From the NCBI GenBank assembly GCA_023269085.1, contig JAHFML010000003.1, forward strand, positions 1-50,862: a DNA stretch of 50,862 nt, given 5' to 3'. Origin of the DNA: a bacterium. Lineage in GTDB: Bacteria > Patescibacteriota > Minisyncoccia > Phycocordibacterales > Phycocordibacteraceae. Positions within the stretch are counted from its first letter, which is position 1, and each line of letters begins with the position of its first letter. The position numbers and the translations under genes are program-made. Below are positions 8,986-19,092 of the stretch, in pieces. Under the pieces are notes generated by a model that made no database searches, was not told the DNA's origin, and saw nothing but the letters and a program-made list of their open reading frames with translations.

Positions 8986-10173
8986 GTGATGAAGGATATC
9001 GCTCAAGCGGTGCTCGCACAGAACAATCAGCAAGCGAAGTATATTCGCACCTTTGACAGCGATGTGCAGACGCTCAAGGAAGGCGGGATGCCCGAACTCA
9101 CGCCTTTTCGCGAGCCAGAAGCCGCCGCGCCGGCAGAGATGGTGCCGGTCATGCCTATGGAATCGGTTGAGCCGACGTTCGAACCGATACTTATACAAAA
9201 AGAACCGGAACAACTAGCGACACCAGCAGAGGTTCCGGCCTTGCTCATCCCTCCAACGTCGCCTCTCCCGAGCGAGCCGACTCTGCCGCCCGTGCGCGAG
9301 CCAGAGCTCGCGCCAATCAAGACCTATGGCGGTGACTTCCAGGATCGGATGGACGATTTGCGCGCTTCACCGGTAACGGTCCTTGCGGCTGAACAAGATG
9401 CGCGGCCGGCGCCGTCTGCGGCGCCGGAGGATTTCACTCTCCCGCAAGAGAAGACGAATCCGTGGCCGATCGTTATCGGCGGCATCCTGCTTATCGCGGG
9501 CGGTGGCGCGGTGTTTGCGGCCTATTTGCATTACCGGGTCACATCAGCACCGGTCGTGGTGGCGCCGGGTATGTCAGCTCCGATATTCTTCGATGCTACC
9601 GAGCAGATGAGTGGTTCTGGAGCGAAACTTGCTCAGGCGATCGTGGCTTCGGTGGCGAAGCCATTGCCGAGAGGCACGGTGCGCCTGCTCTCGCTCGGCG
9701 AGAGCGCGACGACGAGCGTCTTCGCGTCGCTTGCGCTCCGCGCACCTGGTCTTCTTGCGCGCAATATCGATAAGGCGGGCGGCATGGCTGGTGTCGTGAG
9801 CGTGAGTACCGAACAAAGCCCATTTTTCATATTGATCGCCGACTCCTATAGCGCGACCTTCTCGGGGATGCTCTCTTGGGAGGTGCGGATGCCGAGCGAT
9901 ATGATGCTCATATTTCCTGCCTATGCGAATTCGCAGACCTCGACCTCGACGGTCGTGATGACGCCCGCTAAATTAGCAGGATCTGTCCCCGGACCGAAGC
10001 CAAGCTTCCGCGATGAGGTGATTGCGAATCATGATGTACGAGTGTACCGCGACGAAGTTGGCCGAAGCGTGCTCCTCTACGGGTATTGGAATGAGACAAC
10101 GCTCGTTATCGCTCGCGATCCTGCGGCGTTCGTCGCTCTGCTCGATCGTTTGGCGACATCGCATACGCGCTAG
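8986..10173 (+). CDS. Single-TM hypothetical membrane protein with Pro-rich cytoplasmic region
   Basis: One TM (WPIVIGGILLIAGGGAVFAAYL); C-terminal FRDEVIANHDVRV...LLYGY pattern typical of CPR proteins. Confidence 0.7.
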   Translation: MMKDIAQAVLAQNNQQAKYIRTFDSDVQTLKEGGMPELTPFREPEAAAPAEMVPVMPMESVEPTFEPILIQKEPEQLATPAEVPALLIPPTSPLPSEPTLPPVREPELAPIKTYGGDFQDRMDDLRASPVTVLAAEQDARPAPSAAPEDFTLPQEKTNPWPIVIGGILLIAGGGAVFAAYLHYRVTSAPVVVAPGMSAPIFFDATEQMSGSGAKLAQAIVASVAKPLPRGTVRLLSLGESATTSVFASLALRAPGLLARNIDKAGGMAGVVSVSTEQSPFFILIADSYSATFSGMLSWEVRMPSDMMLIFPAYANSQTSTSTVVMTPAKLAGSVPGPKPSFRDEVIANHDVRVYRDEVGRSVLLYGYWNETTLVIARDPAAFVALLDRLATSHTR

Positions 10174-10196
10174 CGCGTATCTGCTATCATGCTCCT

Positions 10197-10544
10197 ATGA
10201 ACACAGAACAACAAAGACAAAAGCTCATCGAAGAAAGACAGAATCTCGAGTCCGAGATGGGGAAGATCGGCAGGAAGAATCCGTCTGTCCCGAACGATTG
10301 GGAGCCGACCGCAGGCGACGTCGGACAAGAAGCCGATCCGATCGATCAGGCAGAGCTCGTGACGGAGCTCGAGACCTCGTCGGCTATATTTACCGATCTT
10401 GAGGTGCGCTATGATCAGGTGCTCGCCGCGCTCGCGAAAATCGAGAAGGGGGCGTATGGCGTGTGCGAGACCTGCGGGAAGCCGGTTGAAGAAGCGCGGC
10501 TCGCGGTCGACCCGGCGGCACCGACCTGTATCGAGCATAAATAA
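10197..10544 (+). CDS. DksA/TraR-family zinc-finger protein
   Basis: Coiled coil with DPID tip; [37 protein letters not shown]. Confidence 0.88.
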   Translation: MNTEQQRQKLIEERQNLESEMGKIGRKNPSVPNDWEPTAGDVGQEADPIDQAELVTELETSSAIFTDLEVRYDQVLAALAKIEKGAYGVCETCGKPVEEARLAVDPAAPTCIEHK

Positions 10545-10548
10545 TCAT

Positions 10549-12114
10549 ATGACCGCGCCCGCGCCGAAGTCAGCAGCGGAACGCGCGCAAGAATTACCAA
10601 AACACGGCTACGCGAAGACGCTTGCCGCCCAGCCGGTCGGCTCGCAAGCGGAGCTGGTCGTCGTCGAGGCCGACCTCACGCGCGGTCTCCACAACTTCGC
10701 CGTCGTCGGGCTCGCCGACAAGGCGGTCGATGAGGCGCGCGACAGGGTGAGCGCGGCGATACGCCACTCGGGCTACAAGCCGCCGAAGCAACAGAACAAG
10801 CGCATCGTCCTCTCACTCTCGCCGGCCGACTTGAAGAAGGAAGGCTCGCACTATGACCTCGCGCTCGCGGTCGCCTATCTCATCGCCGCGGGCGACCTCG
10901 AACCTCGCGTTGAGGGGATGCTCTTTATCGGCGAGCTCGCGCTCGACGGCGCGCTACGCGGCGTGCGCGGCGTCTTGCCGCAGGTTCTCGCCGCGAAACG
11001 ACACGGCGTGAAGTCGATTTTTGTACCACAAAAGAATGCTGAAGAAGCGTTGCTCGCTGAGGGCGTCGCTATCTATGCGCCCGCGACGCTCGCCGAGCTC
11101 ATGGCGCACCTGAAGGGCGAGAAGCCCTTGCCGCGGCTTGTGCGCGATCGGAAGATCCCGCCGCCGCCGCTCGCCCTCGATCTCGCAGAAGTGAAAGGGC
11201 AGGAGAGCGCGAAGCGCGCGCTCGAGATAGCGGCGGCCGGCCGGCATAATATCGTCTTCTACGGCCCGCCCGGCACCGGCAAGACGATGCTCGCTCGCGC
11301 GCTCGCGGGCATTCTCCCGCCCCTCACGAGCGACGAGATGCTTGAGGTGACGGCGATACATTCGACCGCAGGCTTGCTCGGGAATGGCGAAGCCGTGCAT
11401 TGGCCGCCCTTCAGAGCGCCGCACCACTCGGTCTCGCATGTGGCGATCGTTGGTGGGGGGACCTTCCCCAAGGCGGGTGAGGTGACGCTCGCGCACAAAG
11501 GCGTCCTCTTCCTTGATGAGTTCCCCGAGTTTGAATCAAGGGTACTCGAAGCGCTTCGCCAACCGCTCGAGGATAAAATAGTGACGGTCTCGCGGGCGCG
11601 AGCGACGATCACCTTCCCCGCCGACTGCATGATTGTCGCGGCGATGAATCCGGCGGACACGCTCTCGACAGACGCGCGGACGGCAGTCCGCGCGGCAGAG
11701 AAGCAAGCGCGTCGTATCTCACGACCGATTGTAGACCGACTCGATCTCTGGATCGAGGTACCGCTCGTCCCGCACGACACACTCGCGAAGCTCTCGACCG
11801 GCGAATCGTCGGTGAAGGTGCGCGAGCGCGTGGTCGCGGCGCGACTACGCGCCGCGAAACGCATCGGCAAGAGCGGAGCGACTAATGCGGCGCTTTCTGG
11901 TCGCGAGCTAGATGAGAAGGGTAATTTTAGTATCGCGGCACGAGAAGCGTTGACTGCCGCCGCCGTGCGCATGAATCTCTCGCCGCGCTCCTACCACCGC
12001 ACGATGCGCGTCGCGCGCACCATCGCCGACCTCGCTGGCGCCGACATCGTAACGCCCGCCTTCATCCACGAGGCGCTCCAGTACCGCCCTCGTGGCCTTT
12101 TCGGTTTTGAATAA
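10549..12114 (+). CDS. comM: ComM/YifB Mg-chelatase-like AAA+ ATPase
   Basis: [72 protein letters not shown]. Confidence 0.93.
   Translation: MTAPAPKSAAERAQELPKHGYAKTLAAQPVGSQAELVVVEADLTRGLHNFAVVGLADKAVDEARDRVSAAIRHSGYKPPKQQNKRIVLSLSPADLKKEGSHYDLALAVAYLIAAGDLEPRVEGMLFIGELALDGALRGVRGVLPQVLAAKRHGVKSIFVPQKNAEEALLAEGVAIYAPATLAELMAHLKGEKPLPRLVRDRKIPPPPLALDLAEVKGQESAKRALEIAAAGRHNIVFYGPPGTGKTMLARALAGILPPLTSDEMLEVTAIHSTAGLLGNGEAVHWPPFRAPHHSVSHVAIVGGGTFPKAGEVTLAHKGVLFLDEFPEFESRVLEALRQPLEDKIVTVSRARATITFPADCMIVAAMNPADTLSTDARTAVRAAEKQARRISRPIVDRLDLWIEVPLVPHDTLAKLSTGESSVKVRERVVAARLRAAKRIGKSGATNAALSGRELDEKGNFSIAAREALTAAAVRMNLSPRSYHRTMRVARTIADLAGADIVTPAFIHEALQYRPRGLFGFE
12052..12114 (+). repeat. comM 3' end (left copy of an island-flanking repeat)
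   Basis: Encodes [20 protein letters not shown]; diverged copy at 14018-14080. Confidence 0.85.
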
Positions 12115-12159
12115 AACAAAATACAAACGCATGGCGAGAGTGTGAATGTCTGATATTCA

Positions 12160-12200
12160 CAGAAACAAATACAGCGCCGAAGGCGCCGTATTTGTTTCTG
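12160..12200. terminator. Terminator hairpin after comM
   Basis: CAGAAACAAATAC-AGCGCC-gaa-GGCGCC-GTATTTGTTTCTG. Confidence 0.7.
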
Positions 12201-12204
12201 CCCA

Positions 12205-12300
12205 ATAACCGTGAAAAGGTATGTATTTTATACACTTTTTCACGGTTATATTGCTATAATAGTGAAAAGGTGCTAATATTCTTGTATATTTAACGGTTAT
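12205..12300 (+). promoter_or_regulatory. Tandem inverted-repeat operators around a TGcTATAAT promoter of the Fic gene
   Basis: ATAACCGTGAAAA (12205-12217) / TTTTCACGGTTAT (12237-12249) plus a degenerate second pair at 12256-12300; TATAAT at 12255-12260. Confidence 0.6.
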
Positions 12301-12303
12301 TAT

Positions 12304-13182
12304 ATGTCGCGGACACTTCAAGCATACAAGACGATTACGACCCTTCGGGAGCGATACAGCACACTTAAAATCGGACAGGAAAGCCTTCTCGCCGTACTCG
12401 CGGAAGCAGAGATTCCAGAGCAGGTTTACAACTCAAATGCTATTGAAAACTCAACGCTTACGCTCGAGGAGACCGAAAAGATTCTCATACAGATTGATCT
12501 TGACCGGTATATTTCCGAACGGGAGTTATTTGAAACAAAAAATCTCGCGCGCGTGATGGTGTATATCGGTCACACGGCACACGAAAAACCACTGACATTG
12601 GGAATAACCACGCTTCTCCATAAGATGCTTATTGCAAACATTCGGGATGATATCGCTGGGCGTTTTCGTGAAGAGAGCGAGTGGGTACGCGTGGGGAATT
12701 ACATTGCGGCGGATCCCAAGGATGTAGTACGCCTCGTGACTCGGGCGCTCTCGATGTACGAGAGTACGCCACAAGAGCACATCGTACGGCGAGTCGCGCG
12801 ATTCCACCTCACTTTTGAGCGTATACATCCGTTTGTGGACGGCAATGGTCGTATTGGGCGCGTTATCAACAATTATCTCCTCTTGCGCGACGGATATGTT
12901 CCGATCAACATCGCGTTCATCGATCGTGCGCTGTACTATGAAGCGTTCAAGGAGTTTGACAGAAATGGTCAAACAGACATCATGGAGGGTATCGTGGCAC
13001 GAGCCATCACTATGAGTTATCATAAACGACTCGCGTACCTAGAGCATCAGGAAATCATTTCAATTGCCGAGTATGCGCATCGTACGAAGACATCCCATCA
13101 AAATCTTCTCAATAAAGCCAAGCGTCAAACGATTCCTGCATTCCTCGAAAAGGGCACATGGAAAATTGGGATAGCACGATGA
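12304..13182 (+). CDS. Fic-family protein with C-terminal HTH-like extension
   Basis: YNSNAIENSTLT and canonical HPFVDGNGRIGR. Confidence 0.92.
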   Translation: MSRTLQAYKTITTLRERYSTLKIGQESLLAVLAEAEIPEQVYNSNAIENSTLTLEETEKILIQIDLDRYISERELFETKNLARVMVYIGHTAHEKPLTLGITTLLHKMLIANIRDDIAGRFREESEWVRVGNYIAADPKDVVRLVTRALSMYESTPQEHIVRRVARFHLTFERIHPFVDGNGRIGRVINNYLLLRDGYVPINIAFIDRALYYEAFKEFDRNGQTDIMEGIVARAITMSYHKRLAYLEHQEIISIAEYAHRTKTSHQNLLNKAKRQTIPAFLEKGTWKIGIAR

Positions 13183-13199
13183 TACTGTGCATAACCCCC

Positions 13200-13231
13200 T
13201 TTACCAACCCATCGGGGGGGGGGGCTACTCT
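13200..13231 (+). promoter_or_regulatory. Putative promoter with G11 tract in the spacer (TTTACC-N20-TACTCT)
   Basis: G run 13214-13224; homologous to 29759, 30895 and 46586. Confidence 0.6.
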
Positions 13232-13265
13232 AAAGGCACAATCTTTATAAACATACCCACACACA

Positions 13266-13880
13266 ATGAAAGACCTCATCCGTTCTACAATCAAACTAAC
13301 AGCAGCATCCTCTCTAACCCTCCTAGCTTTCTATGCTATCAATGCTCAAGCACAATCAGCTTGGACTCCTCCCTCGTCAACACCACCAGCAGGCAATGTA
13401 GCAGGACCTCTCACAGTCTCTTCTACAGGTCAGAGCAAAGCAGGCAACCTTATGTTGAATACAGATGGTGCTCTTGCTAATGGTCTTATTGTTGCCGCTG
13501 GCAAGGTTGGTATAGGGACGCTGACTCCTACACAAGCATTGGATGTGAGTGGCAAGATCAGAATGGCAACACAGACCGCCACTGCAGATGCCGCGGATAT
13601 CGTCGCGACGAAGGGGTATGTGGACGGGAAGGTCCCAAATGGAGTTTGCCCAAGCGGTCAGTTTGTGACAGGAATTTCTAATGGAATTATTCAATGTGCT
13701 CCTTCTGGCGGAAACCAAATCGTAGGAGGGTGTGACCAAGCGACTATATTCGGATCGAACTGTTGGGGTGGTGCTGATGGTGGCAGATATGCGAATTGTC
13801 CAACAGGTTCAACTCCTCATATTATGGGCGGTAGTAGTAATGATGGCGCTATATTTACTTATTTCTATTGTACGCGATAG
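13266..13880 (+). CDS. Secreted constant-N/variable-C surface protein, paralog 1 (Cys-rich tip)
   Basis: Signal peptide ...LLAFYAINAQA, constant WTPP..PPAGNVAGPLT...GKVGIG, then ATKGYVD and CPSG/CPTGST modules. Confidence 0.8.
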   Translation: MKDLIRSTIKLTAASSLTLLAFYAINAQAQSAWTPPSSTPPAGNVAGPLTVSSTGQSKAGNLMLNTDGALANGLIVAAGKVGIGTLTPTQALDVSGKIRMATQTATADAADIVATKGYVDGKVPNGVCPSGQFVTGISNGIIQCAPSGGNQIVGGCDQATIFGSNCWGGADGGRYANCPTGSTPHIMGGSSNDGAIFTYFYCTR

Positions 13881-14017
13881 GAAGGGACGTGTAGATAATT
13901 TATACACATCACACCATGAAACCGAACAGCCCGTGATAAAAAATAGTTTACATAGGACTGTCCTATGTTGTTGTAATAATGTCCTCATGAAAAGTCTAAG
14001 CCAGATTTTTATGTCCC

Positions 14018-14080
14018 ACACCAGCATTTATCCATGAAGCACTCCAGTATCGCCCGTGCGGCCTCTTCTGGTTTGAATAA
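14018..14080 (+). repeat. Diverged duplicate of the comM 3' end (right island boundary)
   Basis: Translates [20 protein letters not shown], 18 of 20 aa identical, differences mostly at third codon positions. Confidence 0.85.
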
Positions 14081-14082
14081 AA

Positions 14083-15192
14083 TTATTGCGCGGTGCAGTT
14101 GGTACTCCCGACGACACAGGCACGGAGCGGGTTGGCCGCGCCGCGGACTTCGAAGTGGAGATGCGCGCCGGTCGAGAGTCCTGTCGAGCCGACATAGCCG
14201 ATCACGTCGCCCGAAGAGACGCTCTGCCCCGATGAGACAGCCGTGCGCGTCATATGGCTGTAGAGCGTTTGCGAGCCGTTGTCGTGGGTGATGACGACAT
14301 AGTTGCCGTAGCCGCCGTCCCATGCGCCAGTGCCGCGCGATATGATGACGACACCATCAGCCGCGGCGTGAATCGGTGTGCCGCGCGGCGCCGCGAGATC
14401 AACGGCGTTCCAGCCATGCGTTCCTTGGGTGACGAGCGCACCTGGGATCGGGTCGACATAGTAGCCGGGGAATGAGGCGCCGCCGCCGCCGAGGTATGGC
14501 TCATAGATCTTGCCGGATCTTTTCTTGCTCGATGGCTTCGAGACAGGAGCTTTGGGCGTCACTTCGCCGCCAGGGATGATGATGCTCGTGCCCACCGCAA
14601 GCGCGCCCGCCGTGTCGAGGCCGTTGAACTGCGCAATTTCGCCCGCGTCGGCGTTGTATCTCTTCGCCAGCGATTTGAGCGTGTCGCCCTTCACGACGGT
14701 ATGCTCCGTTCCCGAGACAGGGAGAATAATAAGAGTGTCGCCCACATGAAAATCTTTTGCACTACTCATGTTGTTCGCCCAGATAATAGTGTTTGCGGAA
14801 ACGCCGAACATGTCCGCAATTTCAGAAAGGGTGTCGCCTCGACGCACGACATAGATTGAGATGTGGTCCGATTGCGTCGAGCTCGCGACATCGGCGATGG
14901 TGCCGGCTGGTCCGGTGTGAGCGAGCACGGCATTGTCGCTCGTGGTGAGCGTGTCGCCGATACCCTTGTTCGGGTTCGGGTCGATGTTGGTGGCGGCGGC
15001 GAGCAAGGGTGTTGCCGAACTCGGCATATGTAAAGCGCTCGCCGCATCGGCGTTTGTCGAGAACGGCCAGAATGCGTCTGCCTGGTTGGGTACAGAAATT
15101 GCTGCAACAATGAGCAAAGCAAGTACGGTAGAGAGAGATGGAAGTTTGAAAGTAATGGGAAACGAAGGAAGTCGGCGGGTCAGCAAGTACAA
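14083..15192 (-). CDS. LysM-domain M23-family metallopeptidase
   Basis: Two LysM motifs (YVVRRGDTLSEIA, HTVVKGDTLKSLA) and M23 motifs AVDLAA, GYGNYVVITH, TLYSHM, STGAHLHFEV. Confidence 0.93.
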   Translation of the reverse strand: MYLLTRRLPSFPITFKLPSLSTVLALLIVAAISVPNQADAFWPFSTNADAASALHMPSSATPLLAAATNIDPNPNKGIGDTLTTSDNAVLAHTGPAGTIADVASSTQSDHISIYVVRRGDTLSEIADMFGVSANTIIWANNMSSAKDFHVGDTLIILPVSGTEHTVVKGDTLKSLAKRYNADAGEIAQFNGLDTAGALAVGTSIIIPGGEVTPKAPVSKPSSKKRSGKIYEPYLGGGGASFPGYYVDPIPGALVTQGTHGWNAVDLAAPRGTPIHAAADGVVIISRGTGAWDGGYGNYVVITHDNGSQTLYSHMTRTAVSSGQSVSSGDVIGYVGSTGLSTGAHLHFEVRGAANPLRACVVGSTNCTAQ

Positions 15193-15338
15193 AAGTAGCC
15201 TAAATACGGCGTATATAGGCTACTTCTTGAAATCAGTCATGACAGTCGATACCACCGAGTATAGCCCCGTTAGATTGAGAGTCAACCGGCTCGCGAGATA
15301 GCTGTGGAGAACGCTTTTTGAGGTATATTTCAATAATT

Positions 15339-18338
15339 ATGTATCTCGATGGATTGAATGACGCGCAGAGAGAGGCGGTCCTCGCGAAGGACGGCCCGAT
15401 CTCGGTCCTTGCGGGTGCGGGGAGCGGGAAGACGCGCGTGCTCGCGACGCGGGTGTATCACCTGATCCGCGAGGGCGTACCGGCCGACACTATCCTCGCG
15501 GTCACCTTCACCAACAAGGCGGCACGCGAAATGCGCGAGCGGGTTAGGACACTGCTTGGCAACGATTCGGCCGTCCCCTTCGTCGCGACCTTCCACGGGC
15601 TCGGGCGCGAATTGCTCGAGAAATATGGCTCGGCTATTGGCGTGCCGCGCTTCTTCAGCGTCTATGACCGCGACGACTCGGAGCGAGCGATCGGTGCCGC
15701 GCTCAAGGCGCTCGACGTCTCGACCAAAGAGCTCTCGCCGCGCGCGGTCCTCGGGCGCATCTCGCGCGCCAAGGGCGAGGGGATGCGCGCGAGCCAATTC
15801 GCCGAGAAGTACGGGCGCACGAGCTTCGGCGGTCGAATCGTCGCCGAGGTGTGGGCGCGATACGAGAAGACGCTGAAGGAAGAGAAGGCGCTCGACTTCG
15901 ACGATCTCATCGCGCTCCCGGTGCGCCTGCTCGAAGAGCGCGCCGACGTGCGCGCAGTCGCGCAGTCGCGGTGGCGCTATATTCATATCGATGAGTACCA
16001 AGATACGAACGAGCTGCAAGGGCGTCTCGCGAACATACTTGCCGCGAAGCATCACAATTTATTTGTTGTTGGCGATATCGATCAGTGTCTTATTGCGGGT
16101 ACGCAGATCACCGTACCCGATGGATCAGAACGACCGATAGAGAAGATACGAAAAGGCGACCTGGTGCTCTCTAACTACGGAAGCGGTGATGTGCGACCGG
16201 CGCTGATTTCTCGCGTTTCTTCTCGTCGAGCAACGGGCGAGCTGATACGCATCACGACGAACCGTGGGCGAGAGATAACGAGTACGGAAGATCATATGCA
16301 CTTCGCCGGATATCGGCTCGGCATAACACCGCAACTGTATTTCACGTACCTCATGTTCAAGGATGGAAAGGGGTGGCGACTTGGCGTCTCGCAGACGTAT
16401 ACCAACGGACAGCGTGTTTCGATGGTCGGCTTCCAGCAGAGATGCAATCAAGAGCACGGTGATGCGGTGTGGGTTGTCGGTACGCACGACACGACTCAAG
16501 ATGCGCGCATTCTCGAATACCGCTTATCGCTCCGATATGCCCTGCCGACGCTACCGTTTGTCGCGCGGAAGGGGAGTACGGGCGGATATGTGCATGACCA
16601 AAAGGTGCTCGACAGTATATTTGCTTCGTTTGATACCGAGAAAGGGGCGGGGAAATTATTGAAAGAGTGTGGATTGTCGCGCGAGTATCCGCACCATCGG
16701 GCGCAGGCGACACGGAGCGACCGTCGTAATATCGTTGTAACGATGTGTGGCGAGCATCGAGGCAGGACGCCCATGCATAGGATTTCTCTCATGGGGAGCG
16801 ACGCCGAAGGGAAACGTCTGCTCCGTGCGGCGGGGTTCTCGGTGCGCCCTGCGAAGGCTGGTTCGCAGAGTTGGCGATTCGAGACGGCGAATAAAGACTA
16901 TGCGGCCGTTGTCGATATGATTGAACAACTACAGACGATTTTCCCCAAGGCGCACAGCGTGCGGATGGCGCGGCTGGGCGGGAAGAAGGCGAATCCGAAA
17001 GATGGAAACGCACTCCCCTTCATGCCGGCCGGAAGCGTAGAGAGGGGCATGGTCATGTTCGACCATGAGGGGGTATTCGATGTGGTGAAGAGTGTCGAAC
17101 GAATACCGTCGCAGGGCGTGCGAGTCTATGATCTTGATGTCGAACATACACACAACTTCATTGCGAATGGCATGACAACGCATAATTGCATCTATACCTG
17201 GCGGGGCGCGACTATTGAGAACCTGCTTACATTCGAAAAACAATATCCCGAAGCGCAGACGATTGTCCTCGAGCGTAATTATCGCTCGACCAAAACGCTC
17301 GTCGATGCGGCGAACGCGGTCATCGAGAAGAATAAAAATCGTAAGGAGAAGCGCTCAACGACCGAGCAAGGGAAGGGTGAGCCAATCGTCCTGCATCTCG
17401 CGACGAACGCCGAAGACGAAGCGCACTGGGTAGCGCAGAAGATTCGCGAGCTGATGATAGCCGGGAAGAAACCAGAAGAGATTGCGATCTTGTATCGCAC
17501 CAACTTCCAATCTCGCGCGCTTGAGGAGGGACTCTTGCGCGCGGGTGTGCCCTACAAGCTCCTCGGGACGAAATTCTTCGGTCGCAAAGAGGTGAAGGAC
17601 GCACTCGCGTGGATGCGGCTCGCGATGGACCCTGCGAGAGAACAGGACAAGATGCGCGCGGCGGCTGCGCCGCCGCGCGGCATCGGCGCAGTCACCCTCG
17701 GCAAGCTCGTTGCTGGCCAGCGCGCCGCTCTCCGCGCGAGCGACCTCGCGAAGGTCGAGCTTTTCGAACACATTATTAAAGAGCTCGCGCTCGCCGCCGA
17801 GACGCTCCCGCCCTCGGCATTCGTGAAGCTCGTCATCGAGAGAAGCGGCATGAAGCGGGCGATGCTCGACGAGGGGAGCGAGGAGGACAAAGAGCGATTC
17901 GAGAATGTCGAGGAGCTCGCCTCGGTAGCAGCAAGGCACGATGCTCTCGTTGGTAAAGAGGGCATTGCGCTCTTCCTTGCTGAAGCGGCTTTAGCGAGTG
18001 ATCAAGACGAGCTCGATCAAGGAGAGAAGAAGGGCGTGACGCTCATGACGGTCCATGCGGCCAAGGGGCTCGAGTTCGACACGGTCTTCGTGACGGGCAT
18101 GGAGGAAGGGCTCTTTCCCCACACCGCAATGGGGAACGATACGCATCGCGACGACGAAGAAGAACGGCGCCTCTTCTATGTCGCGATGACGCGCGCGAAG
18201 TCGCGCCTCTTCCTCACCCTCGCGCGCGTGCGCAAAATCTACGGCAGCGACTCGTATGCCGCGCCCTCCTCCTTCCTCGCCGACATCGACTCCTCGCTTC
18301 TCTTGTATGATGAGACTGATGGCTATGACATTTATTAA
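15339..18338 (+). CDS. pcrA: ATP-dependent DNA helicase PcrA/UvrD containing an intein
   Basis: LAGAGSGKT, TFTNKAA, IDEYQD, VGDIDQ//CIYTWRGA, NYRST, TVHAAKGLEF, EERRLFYVAMTRA. Confidence 0.93.
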   Translation: MYLDGLNDAQREAVLAKDGPISVLAGAGSGKTRVLATRVYHLIREGVPADTILAVTFTNKAAREMRERVRTLLGNDSAVPFVATFHGLGRELLEKYGSAIGVPRFFSVYDRDDSERAIGAALKALDVSTKELSPRAVLGRISRAKGEGMRASQFAEKYGRTSFGGRIVAEVWARYEKTLKEEKALDFDDLIALPVRLLEERADVRAVAQSRWRYIHIDEYQDTNELQGRLANILAAKHHNLFVVGDIDQCLIAGTQITVPDGSERPIEKIRKGDLVLSNYGSGDVRPALISRVSSRRATGELIRITTNRGREITSTEDHMHFAGYRLGITPQLYFTYLMFKDGKGWRLGVSQTYTNGQRVSMVGFQQRCNQEHGDAVWVVGTHDTTQDARILEYRLSLRYALPTLPFVARKGSTGGYVHDQKVLDSIFASFDTEKGAGKLLKECGLSREYPHHRAQATRSDRRNIVVTMCGEHRGRTPMHRISLMGSDAEGKRLLRAAGFSVRPAKAGSQSWRFETANKDYAAVVDMIEQLQTIFPKAHSVRMARLGGKKANPKDGNALPFMPAGSVERGMVMFDHEGVFDVVKSVERIPSQGVRVYDLDVEHTHNFIANGMTTHNCIYTWRGATIENLLTFEKQYPEAQTIVLERNYRSTKTLVDAANAVIEKNKNRKEKRSTTEQGKGEPIVLHLATNAEDEAHWVAQKIRELMIAGKKPEEIAILYRTNFQSRALEEGLLRAGVPYKLLGTKFFGRKEVKDALAWMRLAMDPAREQDKMRAAAAPPRGIGAVTLGKLVAGQRAALRASDLAKVELFEHIIKELALAAETLPPSAFVKLVIERSGMKRAMLDEGSEEDKERFENVEELASVAARHDALVGKEGIALFLAEAALASDQDELDQGEKKGVTLMTVHAAKGLEFDTVFVTGMEEGLFPHTAMGNDTHRDDEEERRLFYVAMTRAKSRLFLTLARVRKIYGSDSYAAPSSFLADIDSSLLLYDETDGYDIY
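16086..17186 (+). mobile_element. Intein (367 aa) in helicase motif III
   Basis: Begins CLIAGTQI, has block-B TEDH, ends YDLDVEHTHNFIANGMTTHN followed by Cys; removal restores GDIDQCIYTWRGA. Confidence 0.93.
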
Positions 18339-19092
18339 AGCGAAGCAATCTCTTGGGCAGAATTTCTTGATGCACGCGCGGATAGCGGAGCGGATAGCGA
18401 AGACCGCGCCGCTACCGAGCGGCGCGGTGGTGCTCGAGATTGGGCCGGGGACGGGCATGCTCACACGCGAATTGTTGAAAATCGCGAAGAAGGTCATTGC
18501 GGTCGAGGCAGACGGCGAGCTTTTTGAAAAATTGCGAGCCGACTTCGCGGGTGAGATAGCGAGCGGGCAACTCGAACTCCATCATGCCGACATTCGCGCC
18601 TTCGACCTCGCGCCGCTCCCGCGCGGCTACGCGCTCGTCGCGAACATTCCCTATTATCTCACCGGCGAAATCTTCCGCATGTTTCTCGAAGCAGAAAATC
18701 AGCCGAGCTCGATGACGCTTTTGGTACAAAAAGAAGTTGCCGAGCGTATTGTTGGAAATCGCTCGAAGAAAGAGAGCATCCTCTCGCTCTCGGTGAAGGC
18801 GTATGGCACGCCGAAGCTCGAGTTCACCGTCCCGCGCGGCGCCTTCACTCCCGCGCCGAAGGTCGACTCGGCCGTGCTCACGATACGCGAAATTTCGCGA
18901 CGAAATTTCGCGACCCGCGCCGTCGAAGAGCGATTCTTCGCGCTCCTCCACGCCGGCTTCGCGCACAAGCGCAAGTTCGTTCGGAAGAATCTCGCCGAAG
19001 CCGGCCTCCCCGCGGGCGACATCCCCGAGAAGGCGCGCGCCGAAGACCTCCCGCTCGTCGTCTGGCTCGCTCTCGCTCAAGAAGAGAAGTAA
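18325..19092 (+). CDS. rsmA: 16S rRNA adenine dimethyltransferase
   Basis: KQSLGQNFL, LEIGPGTGMLT, VANIPYYLT, QKEVAERI, FTPAPKVDSAV. Confidence 0.95.
   Translation: MTFIKAKQSLGQNFLMHARIAERIAKTAPLPSGAVVLEIGPGTGMLTRELLKIAKKVIAVEADGELFEKLRADFAGEIASGQLELHHADIRAFDLAPLPRGYALVANIPYYLTGEIFRMFLEAENQPSSMTLLVQKEVAERIVGNRSKKESILSLSVKAYGTPKLEFTVPRGAFTPAPKVDSAVLTIREISRRNFATRAVEERFFALLHAGFAHKRKFVRKNLAEAGLPAGDIPEKARAEDLPLVVWLALAQEEK

Larger units (their letters stand above)
12115..14080. mobile_element. Small genomic island inserted at the comM 3' end (Fic gene plus variable surface protein), no integrase
   Basis: Bounded by the duplicated 63-bp comM terminus; lower GC than flanks. Confidence 0.7.

Noticed and set aside
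13186-13231. dif site suggested by GTGCATAA resembling a XerC arm
   Set aside because: No XerD arm (TTATGTTAAAT-like) at the 6-bp spacing
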